Source: an uncultured Methanomassiliicoccales archaeon (GTDB taxonomy: Archaea > Thermoplasmatota > Thermoplasmata > Methanomassiliicoccales > UBA472). From it: DNA of 64,000 nt. The notes under the pieces are model-generated. The model had not been told where the DNA came from. It saw only the letters and a program-made list of their open reading frames with translations, and did no database searches. Shown here piece by piece: positions 44,489-54,989 of the stretch (positions are counted from its first letter, which is position 1; each line of letters begins with the position of its first letter). The stretch spans positions 96,001 to 160,000 of the forward strand of contig OY968769.1 in the NCBI GenBank assembly GCA_963695345.1, given 5' to 3'. The position numbers were made by a program, and so were the translations under genes.

Positions 44489-44740
44489 TCACATTCTTTC
44501 GCGGATCAGCAGCTTCAATTTGGCGCCCAGCATGCTGGGGATCTCTTCTTCGCTGATTCTGTGGGTCTCTGGCAGATAGGAGATATAATCATCGATCCAG
44601 TCATCCAGCTCATTGTCGGTCAACCCTCCCAGCGAATCATAGAAGAAATCCTTCTCGAAATAGCGCTCGATTATCTGCTCATCGGTCAACCTGGCGAACT
44701 CGTAATCCGTTCTGGATTGCATTACAGTGGTGGTCGTCAT
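44489..44740 (-). CDS. Hypothetical acidic small protein
   Basis: 83-aa ORF from ATG 44740 with upstream ggag. Confidence 0.5.
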   Translation of the reverse strand: MTTTTVMQSRTDYEFARLTDEQIIERYFEKDFFYDSLGGLTDNELDDWIDDYISYLPETHRISEEEIPSMLGAKLKLLIRERM

Positions 44741-44924
44741 GTTCGCCCTCCATGGGTTTACGGAGATTTTTAGCGACCCTCCTCTATTTATCGAACGCCC
44801 GATGGTCCAGCGGCCTTGTGGGGTGGAAGACTTGGCAATGTCGGCGCAGGATTGGGAATGGATCGTGTTTGTCCAGCCCGATTTCAGCATTAATTATTTG
44901 TGCCAAATCATACCTGGTGCATCC

Positions 44925-45215
44925 ATGTACGACAAAACGACCGCCATGATAGAGGTATTAAGAAACAACTATCATCTCAGGGTCCAGTTGAGCGGCGGAC
45001 TGTCTGCAAAACTGATCGGGCCGGTCCATAGGATATTCCTGACCACGGGGAAGAAGGAGACGAGATATCACCTCGGGGATGAAGATCTCCAAATCCTAGT
45101 TACCAACATTGCATGGGAGAAACTCGGAGTGGACTTCGATTCCTCCGACATGCAGGAACTAAAAAAGCGTTTGAAGACGCTGACAGCCCAACCACCTGTA
45201 CCATACCAGAAATGA
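44925..45215 (+). CDS. Hypothetical protein
   Basis: 96-aa ORF from ATG 44925 with upstream ggtg. Confidence 0.5.
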   Translation: MYDKTTAMIEVLRNNYHLRVQLSGGLSAKLIGPVHRIFLTTGKKETRYHLGDEDLQILVTNIAWEKLGVDFDSSDMQELKKRLKTLTAQPPVPYQK

Positions 45216-45487
45216 CCGCCTGTTTTTCAGATCTGCCCGTATGACCGACCAGACCAATTTCGGGGCCATCCATCGACCTGAATCCGAGCCTTGATGGTCC
45301 TCCAATTATCTTGTACGACGACTCCGGATCTTACCTCACGAGGGAATAGGATTTGCTTCCAAATAGGCAACAGCGCCGAATATGTTCAAAGTTGAAGGTC
45401 CATTCCCGTGACCGCAATGGAACGATGGGATGAGCATACCCGTTGATATATGGACAATCAGATACTAGTGATTGGTCGGGTGTTCAA

Positions 45488-46036
45488 ATCTCCAAATACA
45501 AGATCGAGAATGTGGTGGCCTCTGCGTCGCTCGGGACAGAGTTGGACCTGCAATCGCTGGCGGTCTCACTGGATGGCGCCGACTACGAACCGGAACAGTT
45601 CCCTGGCCTCATCTACCGGGTAAAGGAGCCGAAAACGGCGACACTGCTGTTCCGCAGCGGAAAGGTCGTCTGCACCGGGGCTAAGAGCCTCGAACAGGTC
45701 AAAATGGCCATCGACAAGGTGATGACCCAGATCAGAAAGGCCGGTGTCGTTCTGAACAGCGAGCCGGAGATCACCGTCCAGAACATCGTCGCATCCTCGG
45801 ACCTGGGACAGAAGATCAACCTGAACATCATCGCCATCACCCTTGGATTGGAGCATGTCGAGTACGAACCGGAACAGTTCCCCGGGTTGGTGTACCGCCT
45901 TGATGAGCCGAAGGTGGTGCTCCTGCTGTTCGGTTCGGGCAAGCTTGTATGCGCCGGTGCCAGGGTCCCGCAGGACATCGAGGCGGCGGTCGACAAGATA
46001 ACCAAGGAGCTCAGAGAGGCCGGACAGCTGTCATAG
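45488..46036 (+). CDS. tbp: TATA-box binding protein (start codon uncertain)
   Basis: Two repeats NVVAS/NIVAS...YEPEQFPGL.Y...LLF.SGK.VC.GA. Confidence 0.95.
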   Translation: MSKYKIENVVASASLGTELDLQSLAVSLDGADYEPEQFPGLIYRVKEPKTATLLFRSGKVVCTGAKSLEQVKMAIDKVMTQIRKAGVVLNSEPEITVQNIVASSDLGQKINLNIIAITLGLEHVEYEPEQFPGLVYRLDEPKVVLLLFGSGKLVCAGARVPQDIEAAVDKITKELREAGQLS

Positions 46037-46200
46037 TCGTAAGAGATCGACCCTGGTTAATAGCGACAGAACCGGTCAAGGGAAGCATTGGCCGGAAATG
46101 GAGGGTTGTTCTCTCGTTAATCGTCCTCCGGCCGCCCAGAGGGTGGCGGTGTATGCGTGACAAACGCCAAAATTGAATACCGCGGGCTCTTTTCTCCGTC

Positions 46201-46705
46201 ATGATGATCGACCGGGCGATGGAGGCGGACCTACCGGAAATCCTAAGGCTACAAAGACTGGCTTTCAAGTCTGAGGCGGATTTCGTTAACGACCCCAACA
46301 TACATCCTATGTCCCAGACCCTTGAGGAACTGAGGCAAGATTCTTGCGGCGGGCGTTATCTTGAAATTTGTCGAGAATGGTCAGATACTCGGATCGGTGA
46401 GGGCGCAAAGAGATGGAGATACTTGTCTCATCGGGAGACTGGTGGTACACCCGGACCATTGGGGGAAAGGCATCGGGAGGAACCTGATGAGAGAGATTGA
46501 GCAAACCTTCATCGATGTCAAGAGATACGAACTGTTCACAAGGATCGACCACCAGCGGACAAGACCGTTCTACCTGAGTCTAGGATATACGCCTTTCAGG
46601 ACCCAGAAGGTAAGCGAATCACTGACCTTCGTTCATCTGCAAAAGTTCAATGAGCGCCAGGCCGACCATAGAATCCCGTCAACGGAGTCTTGGAAAACAG
46701 GATAA
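46201..46705 (+). CDS. GNAT acetyltransferase (+1 frameshift near 46350)
   Basis: ILRLQRLAFKSEA then LGSVRA...GRLVVHPDHWGKGIG...FYLSLGY. Confidence 0.8.
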
Positions 46706-46733
46706 GGTGGGATGCCGATTTCTCATTGTACAT

Positions 46734-47363
46734 ATGTACAAACTTTTCCTGTTCGACATGGACGGCGTGCTGCTGAAACACCGGTCCTCGTGGCAATACT
46801 GTCAGCAGGCCATAGGCTGCGATCTGGAGCATTTCTACGATGAGTTCGAGCAGGACATCCGCGAAGGAAAGAACCTGATAGAGCTGGTCATGCGGAAGAT
46901 GGCGGATCATGGTCTCACGGAGAATGTCCTTATCGAGCTGGCCCGGAACGCGCCCCGGATGAAAGGAGTGGAGGTGGTGCTGGCCGAGGTACGGGCGCGT
47001 GGAGCCAAGGCGGTCATCATCTCCGGCGGCATCGGGTCCTTCGCAGAAGATCTGTCAAAACAATTCCCCATTTCTGGATATGTCTGCAACGAGGTTCACT
47101 TCAACGGTAACGAACGCGTTCCGACCTGCGAGATAAAGGTGGGTCATGAGGATAAGGGCAAGGTAGCCAGAATGATCATGGCGGAGCTGGGAGTCGCCCG
47201 GGAGGAGACCGTGGCGATAGGTGATTATTCCAATGATTGTGCGATGTTCGCCGAGGCCGGGATGAGCGTGGCCTTCAATGGCGACCGCGCCGCCAGGGCG
47301 GCGGCCACCCACAGCGTGAACAGCGATGACTTGGCCGATATCTTGCCCCTATTTTTCTGTTAG
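46734..47363 (+). CDS. HAD-IB phosphatase (phosphoserine phosphatase-like)
   Basis: FDMDGVL, IISGG, K, AIGDYSND motifs. Confidence 0.88.
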   Translation: MYKLFLFDMDGVLLKHRSSWQYCQQAIGCDLEHFYDEFEQDIREGKNLIELVMRKMADHGLTENVLIELARNAPRMKGVEVVLAEVRARGAKAVIISGGIGSFAEDLSKQFPISGYVCNEVHFNGNERVPTCEIKVGHEDKGKVARMIMAELGVAREETVAIGDYSNDCAMFAEAGMSVAFNGDRAARAAATHSVNSDDLADILPLFFC

Positions 47364-47541
47364 GCTTAAAGCCTCGAAGCATATTCTCAGGGCTGGCAGT
47401 ATGGCAACAGGTCCACAATGAACGATCTGCCGATAGGTTTGTAGAGAGGCCATCGACCAAGTCGGTTGAGGCATTTGTCATATTAGTCCGGTACGCTTGA
47501 TTGGTCAGGACCGATCCCGGAAACCGCACCTGTTCAATCGC

Positions 47542-47885
47542 TCAACCTCTCACCAATAGAGGATAGATCATGGATTCGGTCCTATCGGGATTCCTCTTCT
47601 CTTTTCCATGGGCACCGGATATTGGCAGGGCGAAGTAGAAGGTAGCTCCATTTCCTTCCCTCGACTTGACCCATATGCGTCCCCCATGCCGTTCGACGAT
47701 CTTCATGACGATGGCAATGCACCCCCCGGTTCCTGGAAAAGGGCCTTCCGCATCCAACCGCTGGAACATCTGAAAGATCTCCTGTGAATATTCCATGTTC
47801 GCGCCTATCCCGTTGTCCTTGACGGTAATTGTCCACTCACCTTCCCCCTCCTCGGCATTTATGCGGATCTCCGGCGGGAAGATCG
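47542..47885 (-). pseudogene. Isolated HATPase_c fragment of a histidine kinase
   Basis: VKDNGIG...IFQMFQRL...GTGGCIAI...HGGRIWV; similar to the C-terminus of 37718-39340 but with degenerate motifs and no H-box. Confidence 0.7.
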
Positions 47886-48154
47886 ACGATGATACTCCCA
47901 GCGTAGGCCAGGGCGAATAGCCCTGAACACCTTGACAATGGGCTTCCCTGAACCTCGTGACGTCCGTCACAGGGCAAGAGACAATTCTCAACTCACACCG
48001 CCTCGATCCAATTAGGACCACCAGACCGACATCTGAAAAGAGAACGGGCTGAGAATTATTGGCGATCATGTGTTGAGCAAATTTCTTATAGAAGCTCTAA
48101 CAATTATTTTTTTGGGTTGTAAACCCTAAGTTGTCTAGAAAAAGGAGGTCGATC

Positions 48155-48620
48155 ATGGCAGTGATAAAGAGACAGGACAGCTTGGTTCCGGTGGGATTCT
48201 GGAACCCCAGCGGCATGATCCAGGAAATGGAGAGAATGTTCGATGACTTCAGACTGGGGATCGGAGATATGCCCTTCAGGTCATCGGGTTCTCGGATGCC
48301 ATCCGTTGATGTTCGGGATGAGGATGGCCAATATGTAGTGGAGGCGGAACTACCTGGAATCAAGAAGGAAGAGGTCTCGGTGGAGATAGGCGATGAAGCG
48401 GTGATCATCAAGGCCGAGAAGGAGAACAACGTGGAGGACGCAGGGGAGAGGATATGTTCGCCGGGAAAGGGGATTCATCTCATTCTACCGTCAGATTCCT
48501 CTTCCGGCCGATGTCGACAGCACGGAGGCCTCGGCCAAGCTGGAGGACGGCGTGTTGACCGTGACCTTGCCGAAAAAGGCGGAGAAGATCGGGAGCAAGA
48601 AGAGGCTAGAGGTCCAGTGA
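48155..48620 (+). CDS. Hsp20/alpha-crystallin small heat-shock protein (+1 frameshift near 48445)
   Basis: PSVDV...AELPGIKKE; shifted frame gives RRERGFISFYRQIPLP...AKLEDGVLTVTLPK...LEVQ*; RBS aggagg; T tract follows. Confidence 0.9.
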
Positions 48621-48797
48621 ACCCGATCGCCTTCACTTTTTTTATTTTCATTTGTACTTGATTATAGGTCATGAATGATCATTCAATTGCATTTGTTCCC
48701 ATATCAAATCCAGGTCTAACCTTCTCGGCACTTGCATCATCGATTGTGACGAAGTTATATTCTGACGTATCATCATAATGGACCATAGTGAGCGGGA

Positions 48798-49292
48798 ATG
48801 GGTAGGGACGATACAAGCGCCCAATGTCATGGCCAGACCGGAGAACTGGAGATCAATGATGATATCCTGTGCCGCATCGACCTGTTGAAATCGCTGCAAG
48901 AATCTTTTGAGTGCAGGCGTTGCGGAGAGTGCTGTTGCAGTCAGGAGGCTATCGCATTTACGGAAAGTGACCTTCAAAGAGCGTCCATCAGCGTGAGCCT
49001 GACTCCAATGGAGTTCAAGGAAAAATTTGGACTTCGTTTGATCGATGACCCTGGCCAGCTTGTGTTCTATCAATTGCCGACCAGTGAGATCGGTGCGTGT
49101 CCTTTCTATTCAGACCATTTTTGTTCCATTTATGATTCCAGGCCGCTTGTTTGTCAGGGATTTCCTTTTCTTACGCCTCAGAACGTTCAGAATGCATTCG
49201 AAATGAAGAATGCGATACAACTGGGTGGAAGATGCAAAGCAGCCATCGATCATGCCGAGAGGACGTTTGAATTCCGACCATCGACTGAATGA
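48798..49292 (+). CDS. YkgJ-family cysteine cluster protein
   Basis: FECRRCGECC, CPF, CSIYDSRPLVCQGFPF. Confidence 0.85.
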   Translation: MGRDDTSAQCHGQTGELEINDDILCRIDLLKSLQESFECRRCGECCCSQEAIAFTESDLQRASISVSLTPMEFKEKFGLRLIDDPGQLVFYQLPTSEIGACPFYSDHFCSIYDSRPLVCQGFPFLTPQNVQNAFEMKNAIQLGGRCKAAIDHAERTFEFRPSTE

Positions 49293-50046
49293 ACACAATG
49301 GATCCTGGTTTGAATGTTGATAAAAGTAATCTCTAATGATCTATCCTTAAAAAAACCCGATAGTGCCATTAATCTTGTTATGAGAAGAAAATGTTCCGAC
49401 TCGCCTGTGTGAACATAGTGGGGGGAGAAGGGGAGCCTCAATCGACGAGTCGGTATAGGTCAAGATGCCCCTTGACCTTATGATTGAACTTCCTTTCTAA
49501 TAACGAATCAACATTTTTCACTTATAAACCTCATCCCGTCATTATCACTATTGATTCCGTTCAGTACTATCACTGGCAGAGAAGCTTACCTACGCTAGGC
49601 TTAGGCATTGAACCATCGAGCAGGGTTATTAGGACCGGATGCCGACCTTCCGGCAGCACATGTCATTGTTGTTCTGAAGGCCAAGAACATGAGTCCTTTG
49701 ATTCAATGGGACTCCGGGGATCCTTCAGAGGACTGGAGAACAATATATTCACCAAATTGCTACTTAGCAAGATTATTCCCTGAATTATTAACGTTGGTCG
49801 AATAACACCAGACATTTTTTCATTTTTGATAATAATAAACAAACCATTAAGAAATCAGTCAACGGATTTTGAACGTCGTAGCGACATTAACACCAATCCG
49901 AGCAGTTTGTCTGAGGACATGGAAATAGGTCTGAGAATTGCTCGATGCCTTCGTGGGAAATGGATTTGGCAGAGTATGGCCAGATAGATCCTATCCATCG
50001 AAAGGAGACGCGGAAGAGTAGTATCGTTATCGGAGTAGGGTTCGAC

Positions 50047-50337
50047 ATGGCTGTCCGAAAGAAGTTGATTGACAGGGTGGCAGAGCAGATCGCAGAAATG
50101 ACAACCGAGCAGTTCATCGTCTTGGACGTCACCAGCGCCCTAGTCAGCTGCAGCGGCAAACCCCTCGCCACAAATGCCGAGGTCAGCTCGATAATGCGAT
50201 GCTATGGGTTGGCCCGCAATACTGGTGCCATAGTCAAACGTGGGGACGCCACCTTCACCGTCTGGGAAAGGTCCCCGGACCATGCTCGGGTCAGAGGAGG
50301 CAAGAAGGGCGGCGACGGCAATGGAGTGAATGCGTAA
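50047..50337 (+). CDS. Hypothetical protein
   Basis: 96-aa ORF from ATG 50047; no recognised motif. Confidence 0.45.
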   Translation: MAVRKKLIDRVAEQIAEMTTEQFIVLDVTSALVSCSGKPLATNAEVSSIMRCYGLARNTGAIVKRGDATFTVWERSPDHARVRGGKKGGDGNGVNA

Positions 50338-50566
50338 GGGCTGTCCCCTGTTCACTTCATGGGCTTGAAGAGATAGGAAGATGTCACCCCTCATCACTTA
50401 TGGGGTTGCTGTGATTGATCTGACAGGTTATCGAGCCGGTCAAGGTCGATTTATCATGTCATATTGATCGACCATTTTAGGCCAAGTCGAACGCCCTGGC
50501 TCTATCTGAGAGGATCGATATTCCAGCCACTTTAGGCACTCGAAAACCGCTAAGGGCGACAATCCA

Positions 50567-50926
50567 TTATGAGAGATTGGCAGACATCCTTCTCGATGGC
50601 CATTCCCTGGGGACTATCTCCATGCCGATGACGACCCGGTCCTTGTTGGAAAGCTCACCGATCAACTTCTTCAGGGGCGAGGGCAGCTTTCTGATCGAGG
50701 TCAGTACCTCATCGTGCTTGACCTCTTCTGCCAGGTCCGAACCCTCATAGATGACCTCAAGCTCGTAAAATCCGTGCAGCTCCTGCTCACAGATCTCCCT
50801 GACCTTCCTGATCGCATCCTGAGATCTCGAGGTGATACCAGTCACATATAGTCTCAGAATGTACTTCAACCCCCTTTCGTAGACAAATTCCGTTTGGCTA
50901 TCCTTCATAGATAACACTGATCCCAT
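50567..50926 (-). CDS. kaiB: KaiB-like protein (divergent)
   Basis: YILRLYVTG.T..S..AI...YELEVI...LPSPLKKLIGELSN.DRV. Confidence 0.82.
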   Translation of the reverse strand: MGSVLSMKDSQTEFVYERGLKYILRLYVTGITSRSQDAIRKVREICEQELHGFYELEVIYEGSDLAEEVKHDEVLTSIRKLPSPLKKLIGELSNKDRVVIGMEIVPREWPSRRMSANLS

Positions 50927-51165
50927 CCCTAACCACTGTTTGCGCTTTGAGACTACTTGAATCTATTGGGCATAGAATTGAATGGAGAAATAATGCGCAT
51001 GATCTCTGGAATATTGAACCGGTCGATATGCATCAACAATGAGATCTCAATAAAGCAGGGAAAGGTTGAAAAGGTGACAATTATCTCAACACCAGTTCTG
51101 AGAACCAATATCTCTCATGCTTCAGTTTGCTCGCGATTCATGAGGTGATAGATAATCCGGTACGC

Positions 51166-53892
51166 CTAGGTTCCGCCATTTTCCCTGAGGGATCCAGGCG
51201 GGGGGGTGATGACGAATACCGCCCCCTTTCCCGGTTGACCTCGCTCCTCGATGCCCATTCCGGTTATCGATAGGATCTCCCGGGACAGGAACAGGCCAAG
51301 ACCATGGTCCTTGCCGTAACCTTTGGTGAACAGCCTCTCTTTCATTTCCGCGGAGATACCGACTCCGTTATCTTCGCAGATGATTCTGCGGACACCCTCT
51401 TTCTCGTCGATATGGAAACGGATGACTATATCATCGCCGCCATGTCTCAGACAATTGGTGATGAGGTTCTGGAATACCTTGACAATGAGCGGATCCGCGA
51501 ACACCTCGGTGGAGGCAGACACGTCATTGACCACCACCACCTCACCCAATGGGATGCCGTCGATGCTTTCCGCGATCAGCTTCCTTAGATCCTGCCAAAT
51601 TGGCCTATGGAACCCTATCTTCTCATATTCTTCAGAGAACTGGATCATTGCCGAGACCTGGTCTGTTTCAATTTCCGCTTTTCTGAGGTGTTCATTTGAC
51701 GCGAGGGATGGTTGACTGATCGTCAGGAGGGCCAGGTGGCCCTTGATAGCGAAAACCTTGTTACTGATGTCGTGACGGGTCATGCTGGACATCAGGTTGA
51801 GCTTCCGGTTGGCTTCGTGCAAGGCATTCTCGGTGCGTATCCGCTCAGTGATGTCCCGGAACATCCAGGTCCGGCCATAACATTTTCCGTCGCGCCCCAC
51901 GACCGGGGCGGTATATCTTTCCAGCACCATACCGTTCTTGAACTCTAGCTCATCTCGGCTGGTCTCATCGATGTGGTCGTTGAGGTACCTTACCTTTTCA
52001 ATGAAACGTTCAGGGTATTTTGTCAGACAGGAAACGTGTTCCAGCAAGAGCGTGTCATCATCGTTATCGATGATCTGCTTCGGTACATTGAACAGTTCGA
52101 CGATACGCCGATTCACCATTATCCTTTTAAGATCCTGATCTATCACCAGGATCCCATCCAGAGATGCGGTGACCTGGGCCTCGAACAGCGCGGTCTCCTG
52201 GCGCAGTTCTTCGTCCACCTCCAGCTGGTGTGCCTTCGCCCTCAGGTTCTTTATCCCGAAGGCGAGATCGTCCGTCATCTCCTCCAGCAAAGCCACCTCC
52301 TCCTCAGAGAAACCGTTCGTGCGGTTGGAATAGACCATCAGAGCCCCGAAGGCCGCCTCTCCATCCTTAAGAGGGATGGCGACCAGGGATCGGAAACCAT
52401 TCCTCAGGACGGCCTCGCCTTCTCTGCTCCCTTTACTGATCTCCACCAGGTCCTGGACGAGGACGGTCTGTCCGGTCCTGATCGCCATGCCTGCGGGACA
52501 CTTGCCCAGTTCCCTGTCTGACCAGGTGGTGCAGATGTTCTTGACATATTCCTCGTAGAATCCGCTCCAGGCTACCGGTCTCACGGAACGGGCTTTGTCG
52601 GTCTGGGCCATACCGATCCACGCCAATCGATAGCCCGCCCGGACGGATATGATCCGACAGATCTTATCGAGAAGCTCCTGTTCCGTCTCGGCCTTGAACA
52701 ACGCCTGGTTGCATTCCTTGATCGCGATGAACTCCCGATTGATACGCCAATGCTCAGTTATGTCCTGGACAACTCCCAACAGATACAGCGGACGGTTCCC
52801 TCTTCCGGTGGTGACCTCCACGGTGTCCCTGACAGTGATGATCGATCCGTCCGACCTGACCATCCTATGTTCGATGTTCAGGTCTCCCTTGCCCTTCAGC
52901 GATCCTTCCAGCGCCTCGATCACCCTCATACGGTCATCGGGATGGACCATCTCGAAGAACAGGTCATGCTGCGGAGCGGTCTCAGATTTCAAGCCCAGAA
53001 GCTGGGATAGGCCCTCGGAAAACGCGATATAGCCTTTCTCAGCGCTCCATGTCCAGTATCCGATCTTTGCCAGGGAGGAGGCTTTCACCAGGGTGCGCTC
53101 CTTTTCGAGCAGGTCCGACTCCATGCGCTTCCGGTCGGTTATGTCAACGTTCGTGCTCATGTAGCCAGTGACTGATCCTTCTCCTTCCTTCAGAGGCACG
53201 ACCTTTCCCAAGATCCATTTGGTCCGCTGATCTTCGGTCACGTATCGATATTCGAAGGAATATTCCCCATCGCATTCGATGGACCGTCTCCAGTTGAGCT
53301 TGAACGACTCCCTGTCTTCAGGAGGTACACCGTGCACCCATTCCTTGCCCAGAGCTCCCTCCTCGGTCTGCGAGATCATCTCTAGCCATCTTCGATTCGC
53401 GTAAGTGCAATCGAACTTTGTATCGGTCAGGAATATCCCAACAGGCGAACCGTCGATCAGAGATCGGTAACGGGTTTCGCTCTCCTTCAATCCGGTCTCG
53501 GCCCTTGACTTGGCGACCGATACACGGATCTTGTGGGCCAGTTCTGAAAACACGGAACGGGTCTCGCCTCCCTTTTGGACATATGCGTCCGCCCCGCTGT
53601 CAATGGCTTCGATCACGATCTCTTCACGGCCCTTTCCAGTGAAAAGGATGAAAGGGGTGCGATCCTTCCTCGACCTCAATTCCTTGAGGAAGAATATCCC
53701 ATCCTCCGCCGGCATCTGGTAGTCGGACACTATGGCATCATAGCGACGCTGGGAGAGGATGGCCATCGCATCCCGTACCGAGAACGTCATGTCTACGCGG
53801 AAAGAGTCGAAGGTCTCGAGGAATGCTTTGGTCAGGGAACAAAGGTCGGGGTCGTCATCAACCGCCAGGATGCTGATCGAAGCCTCTTTCAT
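51166..53892 (-). CDS. Hybrid sensor kinase REC-PAS-PAS-GAF-PAS-HisKA-HATPase
   Basis: REC motifs VDDD/VSDYQMP/FTGKG; PAS/PAC domains; GAF GYRLAWIG; H-box MTRHDISN; DHGLGLFL. Confidence 0.92.
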   Translation of the reverse strand: MKEASISILAVDDDPDLCSLTKAFLETFDSFRVDMTFSVRDAMAILSQRRYDAIVSDYQMPAEDGIFFLKELRSRKDRTPFILFTGKGREEIVIEAIDSGADAYVQKGGETRSVFSELAHKIRVSVAKSRAETGLKESETRYRSLIDGSPVGIFLTDTKFDCTYANRRWLEMISQTEEGALGKEWVHGVPPEDRESFKLNWRRSIECDGEYSFEYRYVTEDQRTKWILGKVVPLKEGEGSVTGYMSTNVDITDRKRMESDLLEKERTLVKASSLAKIGYWTWSAEKGYIAFSEGLSQLLGLKSETAPQHDLFFEMVHPDDRMRVIEALEGSLKGKGDLNIEHRMVRSDGSIITVRDTVEVTTGRGNRPLYLLGVVQDITEHWRINREFIAIKECNQALFKAETEQELLDKICRIISVRAGYRLAWIGMAQTDKARSVRPVAWSGFYEEYVKNICTTWSDRELGKCPAGMAIRTGQTVLVQDLVEISKGSREGEAVLRNGFRSLVAIPLKDGEAAFGALMVYSNRTNGFSEEEVALLEEMTDDLAFGIKNLRAKAHQLEVDEELRQETALFEAQVTASLDGILVIDQDLKRIMVNRRIVELFNVPKQIIDNDDDTLLLEHVSCLTKYPERFIEKVRYLNDHIDETSRDELEFKNGMVLERYTAPVVGRDGKCYGRTWMFRDITERIRTENALHEANRKLNLMSSMTRHDISNKVFAIKGHLALLTISQPSLASNEHLRKAEIETDQVSAMIQFSEEYEKIGFHRPIWQDLRKLIAESIDGIPLGEVVVVNDVSASTEVFADPLIVKVFQNLITNCLRHGGDDIVIRFHIDEKEGVRRIICEDNGVGISAEMKERLFTKGYGKDHGLGLFLSREILSITGMGIEERGQPGKGAVFVITPPPGSLRENGGT

Positions 53893-53911
53893 CTTACCAC
53901 CCCCTTGTTCC

Positions 53912-54989
53912 TCATTTACTTAAATCTTGATATGATCCGTACTTCTTTGCCGAATCGATGAGGGCCAGTATGTTCCTTTCTGGTAACGCGTGATGGACCT
54001 CGCATCCAGCGCTTAACCAGAACATGCCGTTGTCCTTGGCCACGTCCAGGACCTTCTTGGCCGCCTCTTCGACCTCCTCCGGGGATCCTTTGCACATGAC
54101 CGATCCCGCCTCGGAAACCCCGAGGTTCCCTGCCAGGATCAACTTCGATCCGTACTTCCGCTTCACGGACTCCATATCGACCATTTCATGGAACGAAATG
54201 GCACCGCATCCTGTTCCCACCATATCCTCCAGGAAGGGAGTGGCGTCCTGACATTGATGGAGACAATAGGGGACCTTCAAGACACGACAGGTGTCCGCCT
54301 GGTATGCCGCCACGAACTCTCTGAACTGGTCAGGGCTAATGGTTATGTTGTTGAACCCCCCGCTGACCGAGGCTAAGCCGAACGCCCCGGCGGCGATCAT
54401 CTCCTTACCGAAAAGGATGTTGAAGTCGGTAATCTTTCTGAGAAGGCGGTGCAACAGCTCCTTGTTCTTGGCCAGCATCGGAAATATGGTGGAATAGTTC
54501 CCTGCCAGGATGTCCGTGGCGGAGTCCAATCGGGGATGCCAGGAATCCGATGGTCGGCACTTTGTTGCCATACTTCGCGCTGAGCTCTGAGATCGTCCTA
54601 AGAATGACCTGACATCTTGGCACTTGATTCGGGTCGGGGACCTCCAGTTCGTCTATTTCCTCGATCCTCTGAATGGCATATTCAGTAACGACTGGCATCC
54701 TCATACCCCCTCCGCTCTTCATGGTGTACTCACACCGGCTGCCGAAGGCCTCGCCGGTCAGGCGGAAATCCAGAGGCAGGAAGAAGTTGTCAGCGCCATA
54801 ATACTCGTATTGCTGGCGGACGTTACGATACAGTTTGCTGGAACTGTTCAATAGCTCATGCCAGCTAACGTCGTCACGAACCGCCGCGTGCTGTGCGGCG
54901 GATTGAAAGAACAAGACCACCGGGACCCGGTCCGGAATGTCCCGGTCAATCGTAGCCTGGACCCGCTGTAAGGGGGACGACTCCTTCAA
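53912..54989 (-). CDS. Methylcobamide:CoM methyltransferase-like (MtaA/UroD family; +1 frameshift near 54530)
   Basis: PDRVPV, GEAFG, Zn motif LHQC...AGCEV, LAGNL; ATGA overlap with the corrinoid gene. Confidence 0.88.
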
